Below are positions 11,130 through 23,762 of a DNA stretch of 64,000 nt, in pieces (positions within the stretch are counted from its first letter, which is position 1; each line of letters opens with the position of its first letter). Origin of the DNA: Octopus sinensis (Eukaryota); NCBI RefSeq assembly GCF_006345805.1, contig NC_042997.1, positions 139,810,001-139,874,000 of the forward strand, written 5' to 3'. A program made the translations under genes and the position numbers. The notes beneath the pieces are model-generated. The model did no database searches, had not been told where the DNA came from, and saw only the letters and a program-made list of their open reading frames with translations.

Positions 11130-13400
11130 TCGATTAGCATATTCAGGGCCATTTAGTCACCTACCAATCTGGTAGACACACTAGTCAAATTGACTACATC
11201 CTCACTAGGAAACAGAAAGGAGACTACTTGTAAATGCCCAAACCTTCCCAGGTGAAGAATGTACCCCACAATATAGATTAGTAGTTAGCGACTTCAGGAT
11301 CAGGGCTAAATGGATGCCCAGAAGATGACTAGAATGGCGGAGAAGGGTCTGGAAGCTTAAGGATCCTGCAAAAAGAGATTGAGAGACATATTACTCAAAG
11401 CTGTGGAGACAACTGGAGTTTTCTACAGGACAACCTTTTGAGGGCTAGTGACCAGATCTGTGGATGGTGCAAAGTCTCCTCTCACCCAAGGTAACATGGT
11501 GGTGGAACAATGTTGTTGACAGGGCTACTAAGGAAAAGAAACAGGCTTTGAAAGACTGGAAGACCGGTGATAGCAGGGAATTGTATCAGACTGCCAAAAG
11601 GGAAGCTAGGAGATAGGTTTATTTGGCAGAGGGGAAGCAGATAAGGAAAAATTTGTCAATGTTCTGTGCCGTGATGACCAAAGACTTGAAGTATTTTCCT
11701 GTTGCCAAACAGTGTGTGAGAGAATCACGATGTCCTAGGAGAGAAATGTGTCCTCATGGGTGACGGTTCACTTGCTTCAAACGAAGCTGCAAAGAGACAG
11801 GTTTGGAGACGCCATTATGAAAGTTTGCTAAATAAAGTGAATGAATGTGAGAAAGAGAGTCTGCCGAATGCCGGCCCAACAGAGGGACCAGCTATCTATC
11901 TAAATTGACAGTGCCTTGGTAGGTAAAGCAATTAAGGGTATGAAGACAGGGAAAGCACCCGGACAATCAGGAATCACCACAGAGATGCTCAAACTATCTA
12001 GCCGGTGTCGGCTATAGCCTAGTCAACCAGGTGATACATGAAGGAGTCATACCCAATGACTGGTGTAGCAGCACCATAGTCAACTGCTAACAAAGGTAAA
12101 GGTGACGCATTAGATACAAATAATTACAGAGGTATCAAGTTGTTGGATCAGGTAATGAAGGTCACGGAGAGGGTCATAGCCCACGTAATTAGGGAGAGAG
12201 GTAGTCTAGATGTGATGCAGTTTCGGTTCGTGCCAGGGGAAAGCACCACTGATGCTATATTTCTGATAAGACAGATGCAGGAGAAATAGCTAGTCCAAGA
12301 TAAAACTCTGTACCTGGCTTTCATTGACAGTGTCCTCCGATCCCCTATCTGGTGGTCAATGAGGAGACTAGAGATGGATGAATGTTTATTGAGAGCTGTA
12401 CAAGCCATGTACAGTAAGGTGACGGTTGGCAACGAGTACAGTGAAGAATATCGGGTAGGGGTAAGGGTCAACCTAAGATCAGTCCTCAGCCCCCTCTTAT
12501 TCATTATAGTCCTCCAGGCAATAACAGAGGAATTCAAGACAGGGCTCCTCTATGCTGATGACCTTGCACTAATAGCAGAGTCACTGTCGGAACTGGAGCC
12601 AAAGGTAAGGGCGTGGAAGCAAAGTCTAGAATTGAATGGCCTTAGGGCTAACCTAGCCAAACCAAAGTTTTAGTTAGTGTGCAGGCTGTCAAATCACAAA
12701 CTCCTCTGTAGAAAAGGCATTGGTAGAAACTCCATACGATGCACCCCGTTGTAAGCTATGGACACATAAAAGGTGCAGCAATATCAAAGGAAGGTTAACT
12801 GGGAAATTATTTCTTGTGTGTGACAGATGCAGTGGGGCAATAAACACTGAAGGTGTTCAGAAAACAGCTTCCATTACATGCCTGGGGAAGAAACTAGAAG
12901 TAGTAAATACTTTCTACTACCTAGGCGACCAAGTATGTAGTGGGAGTGATTGTTCTGCGAGTGTAGCAACTAGAGTAATAATAGCCTGAGCAAATTCAGG
13001 GAGCTCCTACCTCTGCTGGCAGCTAAATGCCCCTCACTCAGGGGAAAGGTGGACTGTATGATGCATGTGTGTGAACTGCCATGCTATACAGTAGTGAAAC
13101 ATGGGCCATGAATGCCGAGGACATGCGTAAGCTTGCAGTATGCTTGAGTCAAGTAAAACCAATACCGTAGCTGGGGGCCGGTGACCCGCTAGCTGGCTCC
13201 TGTGCTGATGAGACATAAAGAACACCCACTACACTCTCAGAATAGTTGGCGTTAGGAAGGCATTTAGATGTAGAAATTATGCTAGACTAGATTGGAGCCT
13301 GTTGCAGCAGCTGGCTCTCCAAGACTTCAGTCAAACTGTCCAACCCATGCCATCATGGAAAACGGACGTTAATCGATGATGATGATGACAACGACGACAA
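11130..13400 (+). mobile_element. RTE-clade LINE, 5'-truncated and degraded
   Basis: Endonuclease SQIDYILTR, KAPGQSGIT, NYRGIKLL, LSPLLFIIVLQAITEEFKTG, LLYADDLALIAES, then the 3' UTR and (GAT)n tail. Confidence 0.92.
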
Positions 13401-13419
13401 TTATATTAGTAATAAGTGG

Positions 13420-13700
13420 GTGCAGACAAGAGCGATTTGTAGTAGAGAGCAATAGCGTTTGGAGCGAGCAAAGAGTTGGCGGCCGGCGATGCGATCGATC
13501 GAAAAGCTGTCATCTCGGCGGCGATATCGCCCGTGAGTGTGTGTCCGGTAGCGTACGTAACACACGGACGCATCGCGTTTATGCACGCGGCTAAGGCAGC
13601 TATTGCTCTCTAATAATCGCTTGCTTTTTATTAACTTAATGCATTCTTCACTTCGGCATACTGGGCAGAGATAGCATCGCATTCATGCACGCATTAGCTG
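13420..13700. repeat. CpG-rich element with inverted and direct subrepeats, unclassified
   Basis: AGAGAGCAATAGC (13444-13456) is inverted at 13599-13611. GCATCGC(g/a)TT(t/c)ATGCACGC is directly repeated at 13570 and 13674. Confidence 0.5.
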
Positions 13701-13929
13701 TCTATCACCACCTTAGCTATCATAAACAAACACAAGTTCATGTATGATATTAATCTTTCTTCTACTTCAATTATTACATGGTTTTTCTTATAAAAATTCA
13801 CACATACAGGAGAAGTAAATTATACATATAATACTATAAATGTGGCTCTCGATAAACAGTCAAAGTAATTACCTGATCAACAATGGGTTTTACTGCTAGT
13901 ATATGTATACTAGCAGTATACAGGTGACC

Positions 13930-15509
13930 AAATCTGATTTTTACCTTGCAGTTAAGCAGATTCACTGTTTTAAAAATATCACTCAAGTATAATATTTTTT
14001 TTAAACTCAGAAAGTCTTTCCAAAATTTATTAGCTGTATCAGTTTGTCTTGGAGTTGTAATGAGTCAGCTGACTCTTGAACATGAAAAAGTGGATTAATG
14101 GCTCCTACAAATTCACTAGTCTTTCAAGGCTCATGCCTTTTGACCCATCTTACTTCTGTGTGAAGCAATAGGGTTTTAAAATTCATCTTCACAGAATTGC
14201 ATAAAAAATCTATTATTCACAGAGTTTGATTTGACAATGTTATTTGTATGTATGGAAGTGTTGAGTGCATTTTCCATGTGTCCTCCAATATTCTTACAAC
14301 CACATGCTGTCTGTGGATAATGCAACATATATTTAAAATGTGAGGAGCAACCGATTTCATTCTAGAAACAAAGCCTTTCACTTTTCAGTCATGGCTGCAG
14401 CTCCATATGATGCAGTGTTGATCAAATTAGTCGATGGAATATTTTTATCATTAAAATACTGCATTACTTCATTGAATATATCTTCTCCATTAGTTGTTTC
14501 AAAAAAAACTTTTAATGAATAACATTTCTTCCCTTATATCATCTTCATGGTTGAATCTGGCATAGACCAGAAGGATAACTTGGTTATGAATTGTGCTATC
14601 ATCAACCTGGATAGAAAAATTGGTCGTTCGGAGAATTTCCACAATCTTCTTTCTCCTCACACAAATTAGACATTTCATCCTGTCTTCTTGTAATTGTGTT
14701 ATTTGAAAGTGGAATTGTACTCAGAGTAGGTTCAGCATCTTTTCCCAGAACCTCATTTGCTCAAGCTATCATAGCAGGCTTGACAAGATTCTCACCTTAA
14801 ATCTGAGGTGCTGCAACCTTGGCAATAATTTCAGAACCAAATAACTTGGTTTGAGTATCTTTACTTTTTCAATTTATCTTCTTTACAAAGTCAGGTAGTT
14901 TGATTAGCTGTATTTCTTTTTATTCTCAAAATATTCCCGACCTTTACCAACAGATGATGGATGCCTTAATTTCTGGTGCTGCTCCAGCTTAACTTTCTTC
15001 ATGGAATAATTTGTCATGATGGCATTATATTCAAGATACATAGGTTTTGAGTCTACAGATACAAAACAAACATGATAAAATCTTCTTTGCATTTCTTCAG
15101 TTTTGCCTTTTTAGCAGTTGGTTCAGTTATTACAACTGATCATAAAAAAATAAAATAATAAATATTTTATTTCTATAAATTAAAGTATCAAATTTATTAT
15201 TAACAATATTATGTAGTGATCTATAAAAATATCGAATTTATTATGAAACTGTTGTGATTATAAAATTTAAATTATGTAGTTCTTGATTGTAATATATCAT
15301 TGATTATATATTATACATCATTGATTCTTATGGAATAATTATTGAATTTTGTTTTCTTATTATTATTCTGTCTTCATATAAATTATTATTAACTAACAGT
15401 GTCTTTATTATCGAAATATTGTGTAGATCTGAAATGGCTTCAATTTTTTACGGCTACGAATTCTCTGGGGACCACTGGTAGGTTCCAGGGACCACATTGG
15501 GAATCACTG
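13930..15509 (-). mobile_element. hAT-Charlie/Buster (ZBED5/SCAND3-like) transposon remnant
   Basis: Minus-strand peptides LSTIPLSNNTITRRQDEMS and GFVSRMKSVAPHILNICCIIHRQHVV. Terminus CAGTGATTCCCAA at 15509 flanked by an NNNTANNN 8-mer (GTTTAAAG). The other end is missing. Confidence 0.8.
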
Positions 15510-16715
15510 CTTTAAACAATACTGATGAATTTTGTTAGTACATGAACATGTTATAATTTACAAGTTCCAGTAGAATATGTGACAAAGATAATATTCCTAG
15601 CTGAACTTATCCCTTTAATTTTCTTGTACCAGAAACTTCCAACCCCAGCCAATATTAACGCCAGATACTTACGCAGGACATTTTCATAATAAAGAAGAAG
15701 AAAAAATTAAAAGGCTTTCATCTTTTTCTTTTAAACAAAAGAATTTTTATAAAGATATATAAAGGATAGCTTTATGGTTGAAAAAATTGCTTCACACCCA
15801 TGGGTTTCTGGGTTCAATTATGCTGTATGGTATATTGGGTAAGTGTCTTTTACTGTAGTCTTAGGTTGATCAATGTCATGTGAGTCAAATTGGGAGATGA
15901 TTCTATGAAGAAGCCCGCAAGATGTGTTTTGTGTGTATGTGTGTGTGTTCATTTACATGTTTACTACTCTAGTATACTAGGCTATCAAAGGTTACTTTCA
16001 ATGAACAGGCATCGTTAAAATGGGACCCTGCCCTATGTTTGGAATTATCTCTAATATTGATAGGGTCAATGAAAGACACCCAAGACAGTGCCTGAGCATG
16101 GTCATAGCACACTGACTGAAATTATAAAAGAAGAAACAATTCTAGTTTCAAAACATTTTTTAATGATAAACATCCAAATAAAGACAATGTTAAATGACTT
16201 TTCCAGGTGTAAATGTATGCATACATGCATAAATGGAATTTCCTTCTAAGTAGAAGTTCACCGAAACAAAGTCATGGAAATTATTAGGATGAATATTCTT
16301 TGGGTGGGAGATCAGAATAAATAAAGAATGCAAGTGAATGTGCCATGTAAAGTGGGATGGGTGGGTTGGTGAGGTGCACAGCTGCCTTCAGAAACAACAG
16401 TAAAAAATCTCTGGTTTCATAATGGTTGAATCATTCGCCCAAAACAATGAGATTTTTTGTTTCTTTTTTAAGACATGTAATAGTAACATGTAGTGGGGGA
16501 ATACTTATATTGATAGGAATCATTAATTAACAAGAAAATAATTATACATACACACATACATATATATATATACAAAATGAGAAAATGGAGAAATAATCCA
16601 AATCAATCATCAACCATCAGATAATATCGAATCAATACTTTATTAAACCACTACACAATAGCAATGATATTATACATTAATATAGTGCAATATAACAAGA
16701 CATAGAAATACATTT

Positions 16716-16843
16716 ACATTGTAGCTGACAGCTGTTTCGGCCGTGAAGACAGGTATGTCCCATTTAACCTATTAGCCATATAAAGCAGGTATAAATGAGA
16801 CATTAACAAGAATATCTCACGGCCTCTTCAGAGAATTTAATGC
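16716..16843 (-). ncRNA. Type I hammerhead ribozyme motif in a PLE-like non-coding repeat
   Basis: Minus strand CUGAAGA-GGCCGUGA-[70 nt]-UCACGGCC-GAA-ACAGCUGU-C^AG: intact core, 8-bp stem II, palindromic stem III and GUC cleavage triplet. Stem I is interrupted. AATAAA lies ~80 nt downstream. Confidence 0.75.
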
Positions 16844-17249
16844 AAGTATGAAAAAATTTACATATAAATATAAATATGTGTGCATACACACTCATATTCT
16901 TACATATATATATATACACAATAATACAATATAAACAATATAGATCAATATACATCAACAAAACAATATGTTCCATATTGAACTCCACAGTTCCATAACC
17001 AACATCAAGAAACCACATGTACACTCACACTCAAAGCAGGCATATATTGAACAGTCCAATATATTAAAATGTGCCATTTCACAAAAAGTCAATAAAATTA
17101 ATATCACCACGACTGATACATATATATTTCAATCATATATATATACATATATCATATGTATATATACATATAAATATCATCAAATGCATGTATGTATCTG
17201 AATATGTCTTGTTTGATTTACATGTTTTTCGAGTCAAGTATGTTTTAAA

Positions 17250-17600
17250 TTAAAAAATGATTGAAGTATTCTTTCACAACCAGATGCCTTTCCTGTCATT
17301 AACACTTGACTGTGTTTTAAATAAGGAATCTCTTAATTACACATGTCTTGAAAGGCTTGAAGTAAGCAGACAATTTGTCAACCAGAGAAATGACACAGCA
17401 AACCTTGTAGCTTGCAACTTTTATAGAGCACAAACATAAACAGATATACACACATATTATATAGATAGATTTCTTGCAGGTTCCATCTATCAAATTCACT
17501 CACAAGGATTTGGTCAATCTTGGCTATCATAAGTGATACTTGGCGAAGTTTGCCATGCACTGGGACTGAGCTCAAAACCATATGATTAAGAAGGGAACTA
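17250..17600 (-). mobile_element. Degraded tRNA-derived SINE
   Basis: Reverse complement of the family seen at 59388-59778 (ttccatctatcaaattcactcacaagg...gggactgagctc). Confidence 0.65.
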
Positions 17601-17839
17601 CGTGCCTGTGCCTTCTATCAGTCTTTCTGTACATATGTATGCGTGCATACATATATATATTATATATATATACACACACTATAGTATGTAGATAGGCTTG
17701 TTATCGAAGCCGTGTCCTCGTGAAGCACACCAAGCTGTATATTCCAGTATGCCAATATTGTATGTAGATGTTATAATTGTGTGAGGTATGTATAAGAGTA
17801 GAAAAATATTGGAAAATAATATTTGCAGAGTAATTACGC

Positions 17840-19370
17840 ATCAAAACAGTAGAGTGGAAAATATTTTTAGTATTATTTATTCACCATTGCACATGTTTCA
17901 TTTGCTAGTACGAGTTAGAATATTATACATGTAAGAGAAAATTATAAAATATCTCTTATTAAAAACTCCTCAGACAGCAAATCAATTATCAGATTGAATA
18001 AAAATAAGCAACGTTTGAACCATGAAGAATTTGTACCAGATTTTTGCAGGGTTTTGAATTTTTGTTAAACATTTTTTTGCAGTTGTCTGATAATACAGAT
18101 ATAAACTTACCCAAATGCATCAATAAATTAACATTTATATTTTTTTTTTTCCCATTCATACAATCATCTGAAAGGGAACTGTGAAAGTGCGATATTTGAG
18201 CAGTTTTGCAATTCAACTTCAAAAAAGATGTAAAGCAGCTAAAACTGTTCATGATATCAATGAAACATTTGGTGGGGAAATGACCAGTGAGAGGTCAGCT
18301 TGAAAATGGTTTAATGATTTTGCAGATTGTGAGCATTATGGACGCCCATCTGTCATCGATGACAGTCAAGTAGAGACTGTCATTGAGAAAGATCCATATA
18401 AAACCACTTGAGAACTGACAAAAGAACTTCAAGTTAGTCAGAAAACTGCCTGCAACCATTTTCATGCAATCAGAAAATCAAAAAAGCTCGACAAATTTGA
18501 ATGAAAATCAGAAAATGCTTATTGCTTCTTCTCCGCAACCAGACCATCCATTTCTTGACCATATTGTAACTTGCAATGAAAAGTGGATTCTGTACAATAA
18601 AAAACGTTCTTTGCAGTGGTTGGAGCAAAATGAAGCACCAAAAACCTTCCCTAAACCCAAGCTCTTCAAAAAGGTTATGGTGACTGCTTGGTGGTGTACT
18701 TTTGGAATCATCCATTATAACTTTTTAAAATCTGGAAAAAACATTACTGCAGAAACATATTGTCATGAAATTGCCAAAATGAAAGAAAAACCGCTAATCC
18801 TCTGTCCCAGACTGGTCAACAGAAGAGGGCCAACCATTCTTCATAACAATGCTCGACCATAAATTTCACTAATGATGCTCCAAAAGTTGAAGGAACTTGG
18901 CTATGAATTTCTTCCCCACCCAGCTTATTCCCCAGACCTTTCTCCTACCGACTACCACTTTTTCAAGCACCTTGATGGTTTCCTGAAAGAGAAGGAGTTC
19001 AAAAATCAAACTGATGCTGAAACTGTGTTCAAGGAGTTCATCAGCTCCAGAACTCCAGATTTTTATGTTACCAGAATAAACAAACTTGTAACTCATTGGC
19101 ACAAATGTGTTGATTGTAATGGTACTTACTTTGATGAATAAAATTTCCACATTGCTGAAATATATTGTGATGAATTTCATGTTTCAAAACGTTGCTTACT
19201 TTTTACTCAGCATGATAATACTCTCTAATTTTCTGTCAGAAGACTTTCTAACAGAAGATATCTTACATGTTTCTCTGTTAAATACAATTTTGTAACCCCT
19301 ATTAGTAAATGAAACATGTGTAATGGTGAATAAATAATACCAAAAATTTTTTCTTATCTCCTGTTTTGAT
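17840..19370 (+). mobile_element. Hsmar1/cecropia-like mariner with ~200-bp TIRs, disrupted transposase
   Basis: IVTCNEKWILY, KVMVTAWW, HNNARP, HPAYSPDLSPTDYHFFKHL and HWHKCVDCNGTYFD. 17840-~18040 aligns to the reverse complement of ~19170-19370. Confidence 0.88.
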
Positions 19371-19564
19371 ATATGTATATGTTATATTATATACAAGATA
19401 TACTATATTATCATTAATTGATGGATGCAAAGAAATAAGAAACTTGAAGTAGTCAACTCCAAAATATAGTTGGGGTAGGTAGAATGGGGAAGTAAATGTC
19501 AATAAGAACTAACTCAGTCTTGCCAAACAGATGCCAGGACCAAAAGTGATGATGATGATGATCA

Positions 19565-19599
<35 letters not shown>

Positions 19600-19601
<2 letters not shown>

Positions 19602-19925
19602 GGCGTAAAAAGAAGAAAATGGTAAATCTAGTTGAGTTGCTCATGAAGATAACATGGATGCCGCTCGAGCTCAAAAGATTGGCTGTTATGAAAACCTCCT
19701 AGAGAAATGTGAAGACACAGGCTGGAAAGCAGAGCATTTTTCAATCAAAGTTGGATGTAGAGAGTTTGTTAGACACAGTGTGAAGTGACTATTGCCATCA
19801 TTGACTTAATTCATCGCAAAGCAAATACCACTAGGAGTAATATCCAAACTACACTGGAAAAGGCAAACCACTGGATTTGGTTAGAAAACAACAATGAGCA
19901 ATGGCTAGAAGAATATTGAGTGAAA
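19600..19925 (+). mobile_element. HERO-clade (RLE) non-LTR retrotransposon 3' fragment
   Basis: EDNMDAARAQKIGCYENLLEKCEDTGWKAEHFSIKVGCR and TLEKANHWIW match the C-terminal restriction-like endonuclease region. Confidence 0.65.
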
Positions 19926-20124
19926 CCTGATGACCAGTTGATCTAGCAAGCAGGGTCTCATTTCAGTGAGGGGTGCCCAATGATGCTGTCAAGAGATAGG
20001 TCCCGAAATGGCAGGTATTCTCTCCTAATGGCCCCATAAACTTGCTAGCATCTGGTATGCAGGGCTTCCAACAGGTAACACTTGCATCTGCATGTTGTTT
20101 GCAAAAAAATATTTAAAAATATAT

Positions 20125-20520
20125 ATTCGACCCTGTGCTTGAGGAAACCTATTGAGTCAAGTACATCAACATCAAAAATCAATGGAAATTGTAGTTGTGA
20201 TCCCTGTGCCGGTGGCATGTCAAAAGCACTGTCCGGATGTGCCAATGCCAGCGCCGCCTTCATGGCTTCCATGCTGGTGGCATGTAAAAACCACCAATCC
20301 AATCGTGGCCATTGCCAGCCTCGCCTGGCACCTGTGCCAGTGGCACGTAAAAAGTACCCACTACACTCATGGAGTGGTTGGCATTATGAAGGGCATCCAG
20401 CTGTAGAAACACTGCCAGATGAGACTGGAGCCTGGTGCATCCTTCTGGCTTCCCAGATCCCGGTTGAACCGTCCAACCCATGCTAGCATGGAAAACGGAC
20501 ATTAAACGATGATGATGATA
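20125..20520 (+). mobile_element. RTE 3'-UTR-derived element with (GAT)n tail
   Basis: Homologous to 3484-3685 and to the reverse complement of 23111-23450. Confidence 0.85.
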
Positions 20521-21507
20521 TTCATGATCCGCATTATCATCACTTTTCTATGCTGGCATTAGTTGGGCAGAACTGAGCCAGTACCTCCACCTCCAATCCA
20601 ACTGAGTTGCAGGACTACATTTTGTTCATACTTTCTCTTTGCAACATAAGTTTTTGTGTCTGGATTTAACACCAACCACCTTACAAAAAATGTATTTGTG
20701 TGTGTGAGGGTGTAGTTAGTATAACAAATAGGAGAAAACTATTCAATAATATAGTAGGGGGTAACATATTTTAGTTGATCCAGTAGCATCATAGACAATG
20801 TCTTTGTGTTTGTCCCTATCCCAAATTAACAATTGGTGTTGTTTTGTTTATGTCCTTACAACTTCACGGTTTAGCAAACGACACTGATAAATAACAAACT
20901 AAAAATATGTAGTGGGCGCAATTAGTTTCACTAAACCTTTCAATGTGGTGCCACAGTTCAATAACTGAAACAAGTAAAAGAGGTAATGTATGAATGTGTA
21001 TATATAAGAACTACACATACAAACCTATCTGTAGATAGAATAACAAAAAGAGAGGAGAGACACAGGCAGTAATAGAGAAGCTAGTTATATTAGTCAGCAA
21101 TTGTTAGACTTTTTGAGAAAATCTAAAATATATAAGTTTACTTGTATGTCTGTATCCAACAATGTATATTATTCTCAGACTTGCACGTTATTTGAAATAC
21201 AAAAAGGTCACAAATTTCCAGAACTTTCACATATATTGCTCAGATGAAACTTGGCTGAGTGACCCAAGTGTCTTATGTTCAGTAATCTTCTATTTATTAG
21301 ACAAGACAAACATGTAAGCACTGAGGTGCGACTGGCACCTTTATTTATGATACTGAGAATGATGGATTTTAGTTCAAATAAGAATGCAATTATTTTGTTT
21401 AACATTGTTACAGTAGTTTGTTTTAATATTAAAAGTGATGTAATTCAATTTAAAAGATCTCTGATATCACCGTTAAAAACCAGTGTTCAATTCTTGTTTC
21501 ATCTTAA

Positions 21508-21693
21508 CTCCTTAACATTCAGATTGTTTATTCACATTGCTTTGAATTAATCATGCATTACCTGTAGCCTTGAGATTTAATTGATCTGATTGCTTATTTT
21601 TAGATTGACTTTCTAGAGGCCAGGCCTGACCGGTTTGAACATAAAACAGGTAGAATATTTGGGCCAGATATGGCCGGTTTAAATGCTAAAAGG
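21508..21693. mobile_element. Decayed piggyBac-type MITE
   Basis: TTAA|CTCCTTAACATTC ... TTTAAATGCTAAAAGG: imperfect CCCTTTAGCATT-type TIRs. The right TTAA is lost. Confidence 0.45.
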
Positions 21694-23110
21694 AGAAACA
21701 TATCAATTAAAATCTTCCTTGCTACATGGAGAGGAAGCCACTCTGTCATGTGTTAACATCATCAGATGATCTAGTTCTTATTCCCAATGTTTCAATAATG
21801 TGAAGTGTCATCATGTAGTCAACATCATTTAACATCCATGTTTCATGCTGGCATGGGTTGGACAGTTTGACGATGAAGAATTAATTGTTATGTCCAAATA
21901 TACAATGAAACATCAATGCTTCATTGCATATATAAGCAGATAAAAAAATCATAGTGACTGCCTGCAAGCGAGTATGACTTAGTAATGTATATCATGCTTC
22001 ACTCATTATTTTAAGTGTCTACATAGTTACAAGCAGATAGACACTCTACTGACCTTCTCACCTTTATCTCATAATTTTGTTGATCCAACACACCTGATTA
22101 ATAATTCAAGAAAGTAGTTATTTTACTCAGACTGTTCAAATTGATTATGTTTATTTACTTGGGAACATGACTATAAAAGAATTTAGCATCAAATTTGATT
22201 TCAACTTACATTTTCCACAGCTATTCTAACAACAGTGTAATAATACTTCTGTAACCTCTCGGAGGAAACATGACTCCTCCTTCACTCCTCTCCACCCTTC
22301 ATTTATGGTTTGAGAATAATTCTATAATTGTTGTAAACTGGAATAGAACTTACTCTCTTTCTGCTCACATCCATTCTCCATTTAATGCTACTTGGTTTGC
22401 ATCTTTTAGAGAGATAGATTAGATAAAATGGACTCAAAGACCAACTAGAAAGTGAAAGTAGTATCTAACTTAGGATGTCTCATAGATAGTGTGTTCAATG
22501 GTGTTGGAGGTGGTAGATGTGGTTATCATGGCAGTGGTGGTGGTGGTGTAGTGTTGACAGTGGATGTGTATGATGGCAGCAATTATAGTGTTGGTGTTTT
22601 TGCAGAGGTGGTGGTGTGGCGTGAGTGGGATGATGATGATAATGATGATGATGATAGAAGTAGTGGCATTGATTATGTTGGATGTCTCAGTAGTGGTTGT
22701 GAAGATGATTCTGATATTGATAGTCTTTGCATTGAGGTGGTGGCAGAGTCAGAGTAAATAATAAGAGCCCAGTTAACACAAGATTCTTAAATTTTGGAGA
22801 TCTAAGATAGAGAGCAAGAAGTTAAAAGTTCTAATACTGTCCCAATTCCTACACCCCAGATTCTTCAACTATTTTATAAGAAAGGGGTTAATGGCAGGTT
22901 GTATACCAAAAAATACATAAATAAATTACTGTTTTATTCTTTGGCAACACGTGTTTCATGAGGTACATCCTCGGTTTCCTAAACCACACCTTGTTTCCCT
23001 GGAACCCCTCTCAAGATGCCAACACAATCATCAAGCCTGTTAGTGTGTGTGAAGAGACAGAGAGAGTAATGTGTGAAAGAGAGAGATAACTGAAATTTTT
23101 TACTCGGTGT

Positions 23111-23762
23111 ATCATCATCATCATCATCATCATCGTTTAACGTCCGTTTTCCATGCTAGCATGGGTGGACGGTTCAACCGGGATCTGGGAAGCCAGAAGG
23201 CTGCACCAGGCTCCAGTCTGATCTGGCAGTGTTTCTATAGCTGGATGCCCTTCATAATGCCAACCACTCCGTGAGTGTAGTGGGTACTTTTTATGTGCCA
23301 GTGGCACAGGTGCCAGAGGGGTCTGGCATCGGCCACGTTCGGATGGTGCTTTTTATGTGTCACCGGCACAGGTATCACAACTACTGTTTCCATTGATATT
23401 TGGTTTGATGTTCATGTACATGCACTTGACTCAACAGGTCTCCTCAAGCACAGTGAGATGTTCCGGGATCCAAGGTTTTGAATGGGCAGGGGGTATGCGG
23501 AACTGGTGCTGGAAGCATCACGGGTCTTAGTAGTCACAGTACATCTCCAGAGATCTCAGTCCTTCGCCATTGCCTCAGTGAGGCCCAACGCTCTGAGGTC
23601 ATGCTTGCCTACCTCATCCCATGTCTTCCTGGGTCTACCTCTCCCCCTGATTCCTTCAACTGTTCGGGAGTGGCACTTCTTCACACATCTCTCCTCATCC
23701 ATCCGCAGTACATGACCATACCATCGCAAGCGCTCTTGCACACCGCATCTGATGCTTCTTAT
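23111..23762 (-). mobile_element. RTE LINE, 3' part (split by the CR1 insertion)
   Basis: (ATC)n tail at 23111, 3' UTR, and the ORF2 C-terminus MQERLRWYGHVLRMDE...RGRGRPRKTW. Confidence 0.93.

Noticed and set aside
22452-22761. Gly/Asp-rich ORF
   Set aside because: Degenerate (GGT)/(GAT) repeats with no recognisable domain.
22940-22985. Hammerhead-like GAAACACGUGU on the minus strand
   Set aside because: Core is CCGAGGA, stem II lacks the G10.1-C11.1 pair, and no stem I can form.
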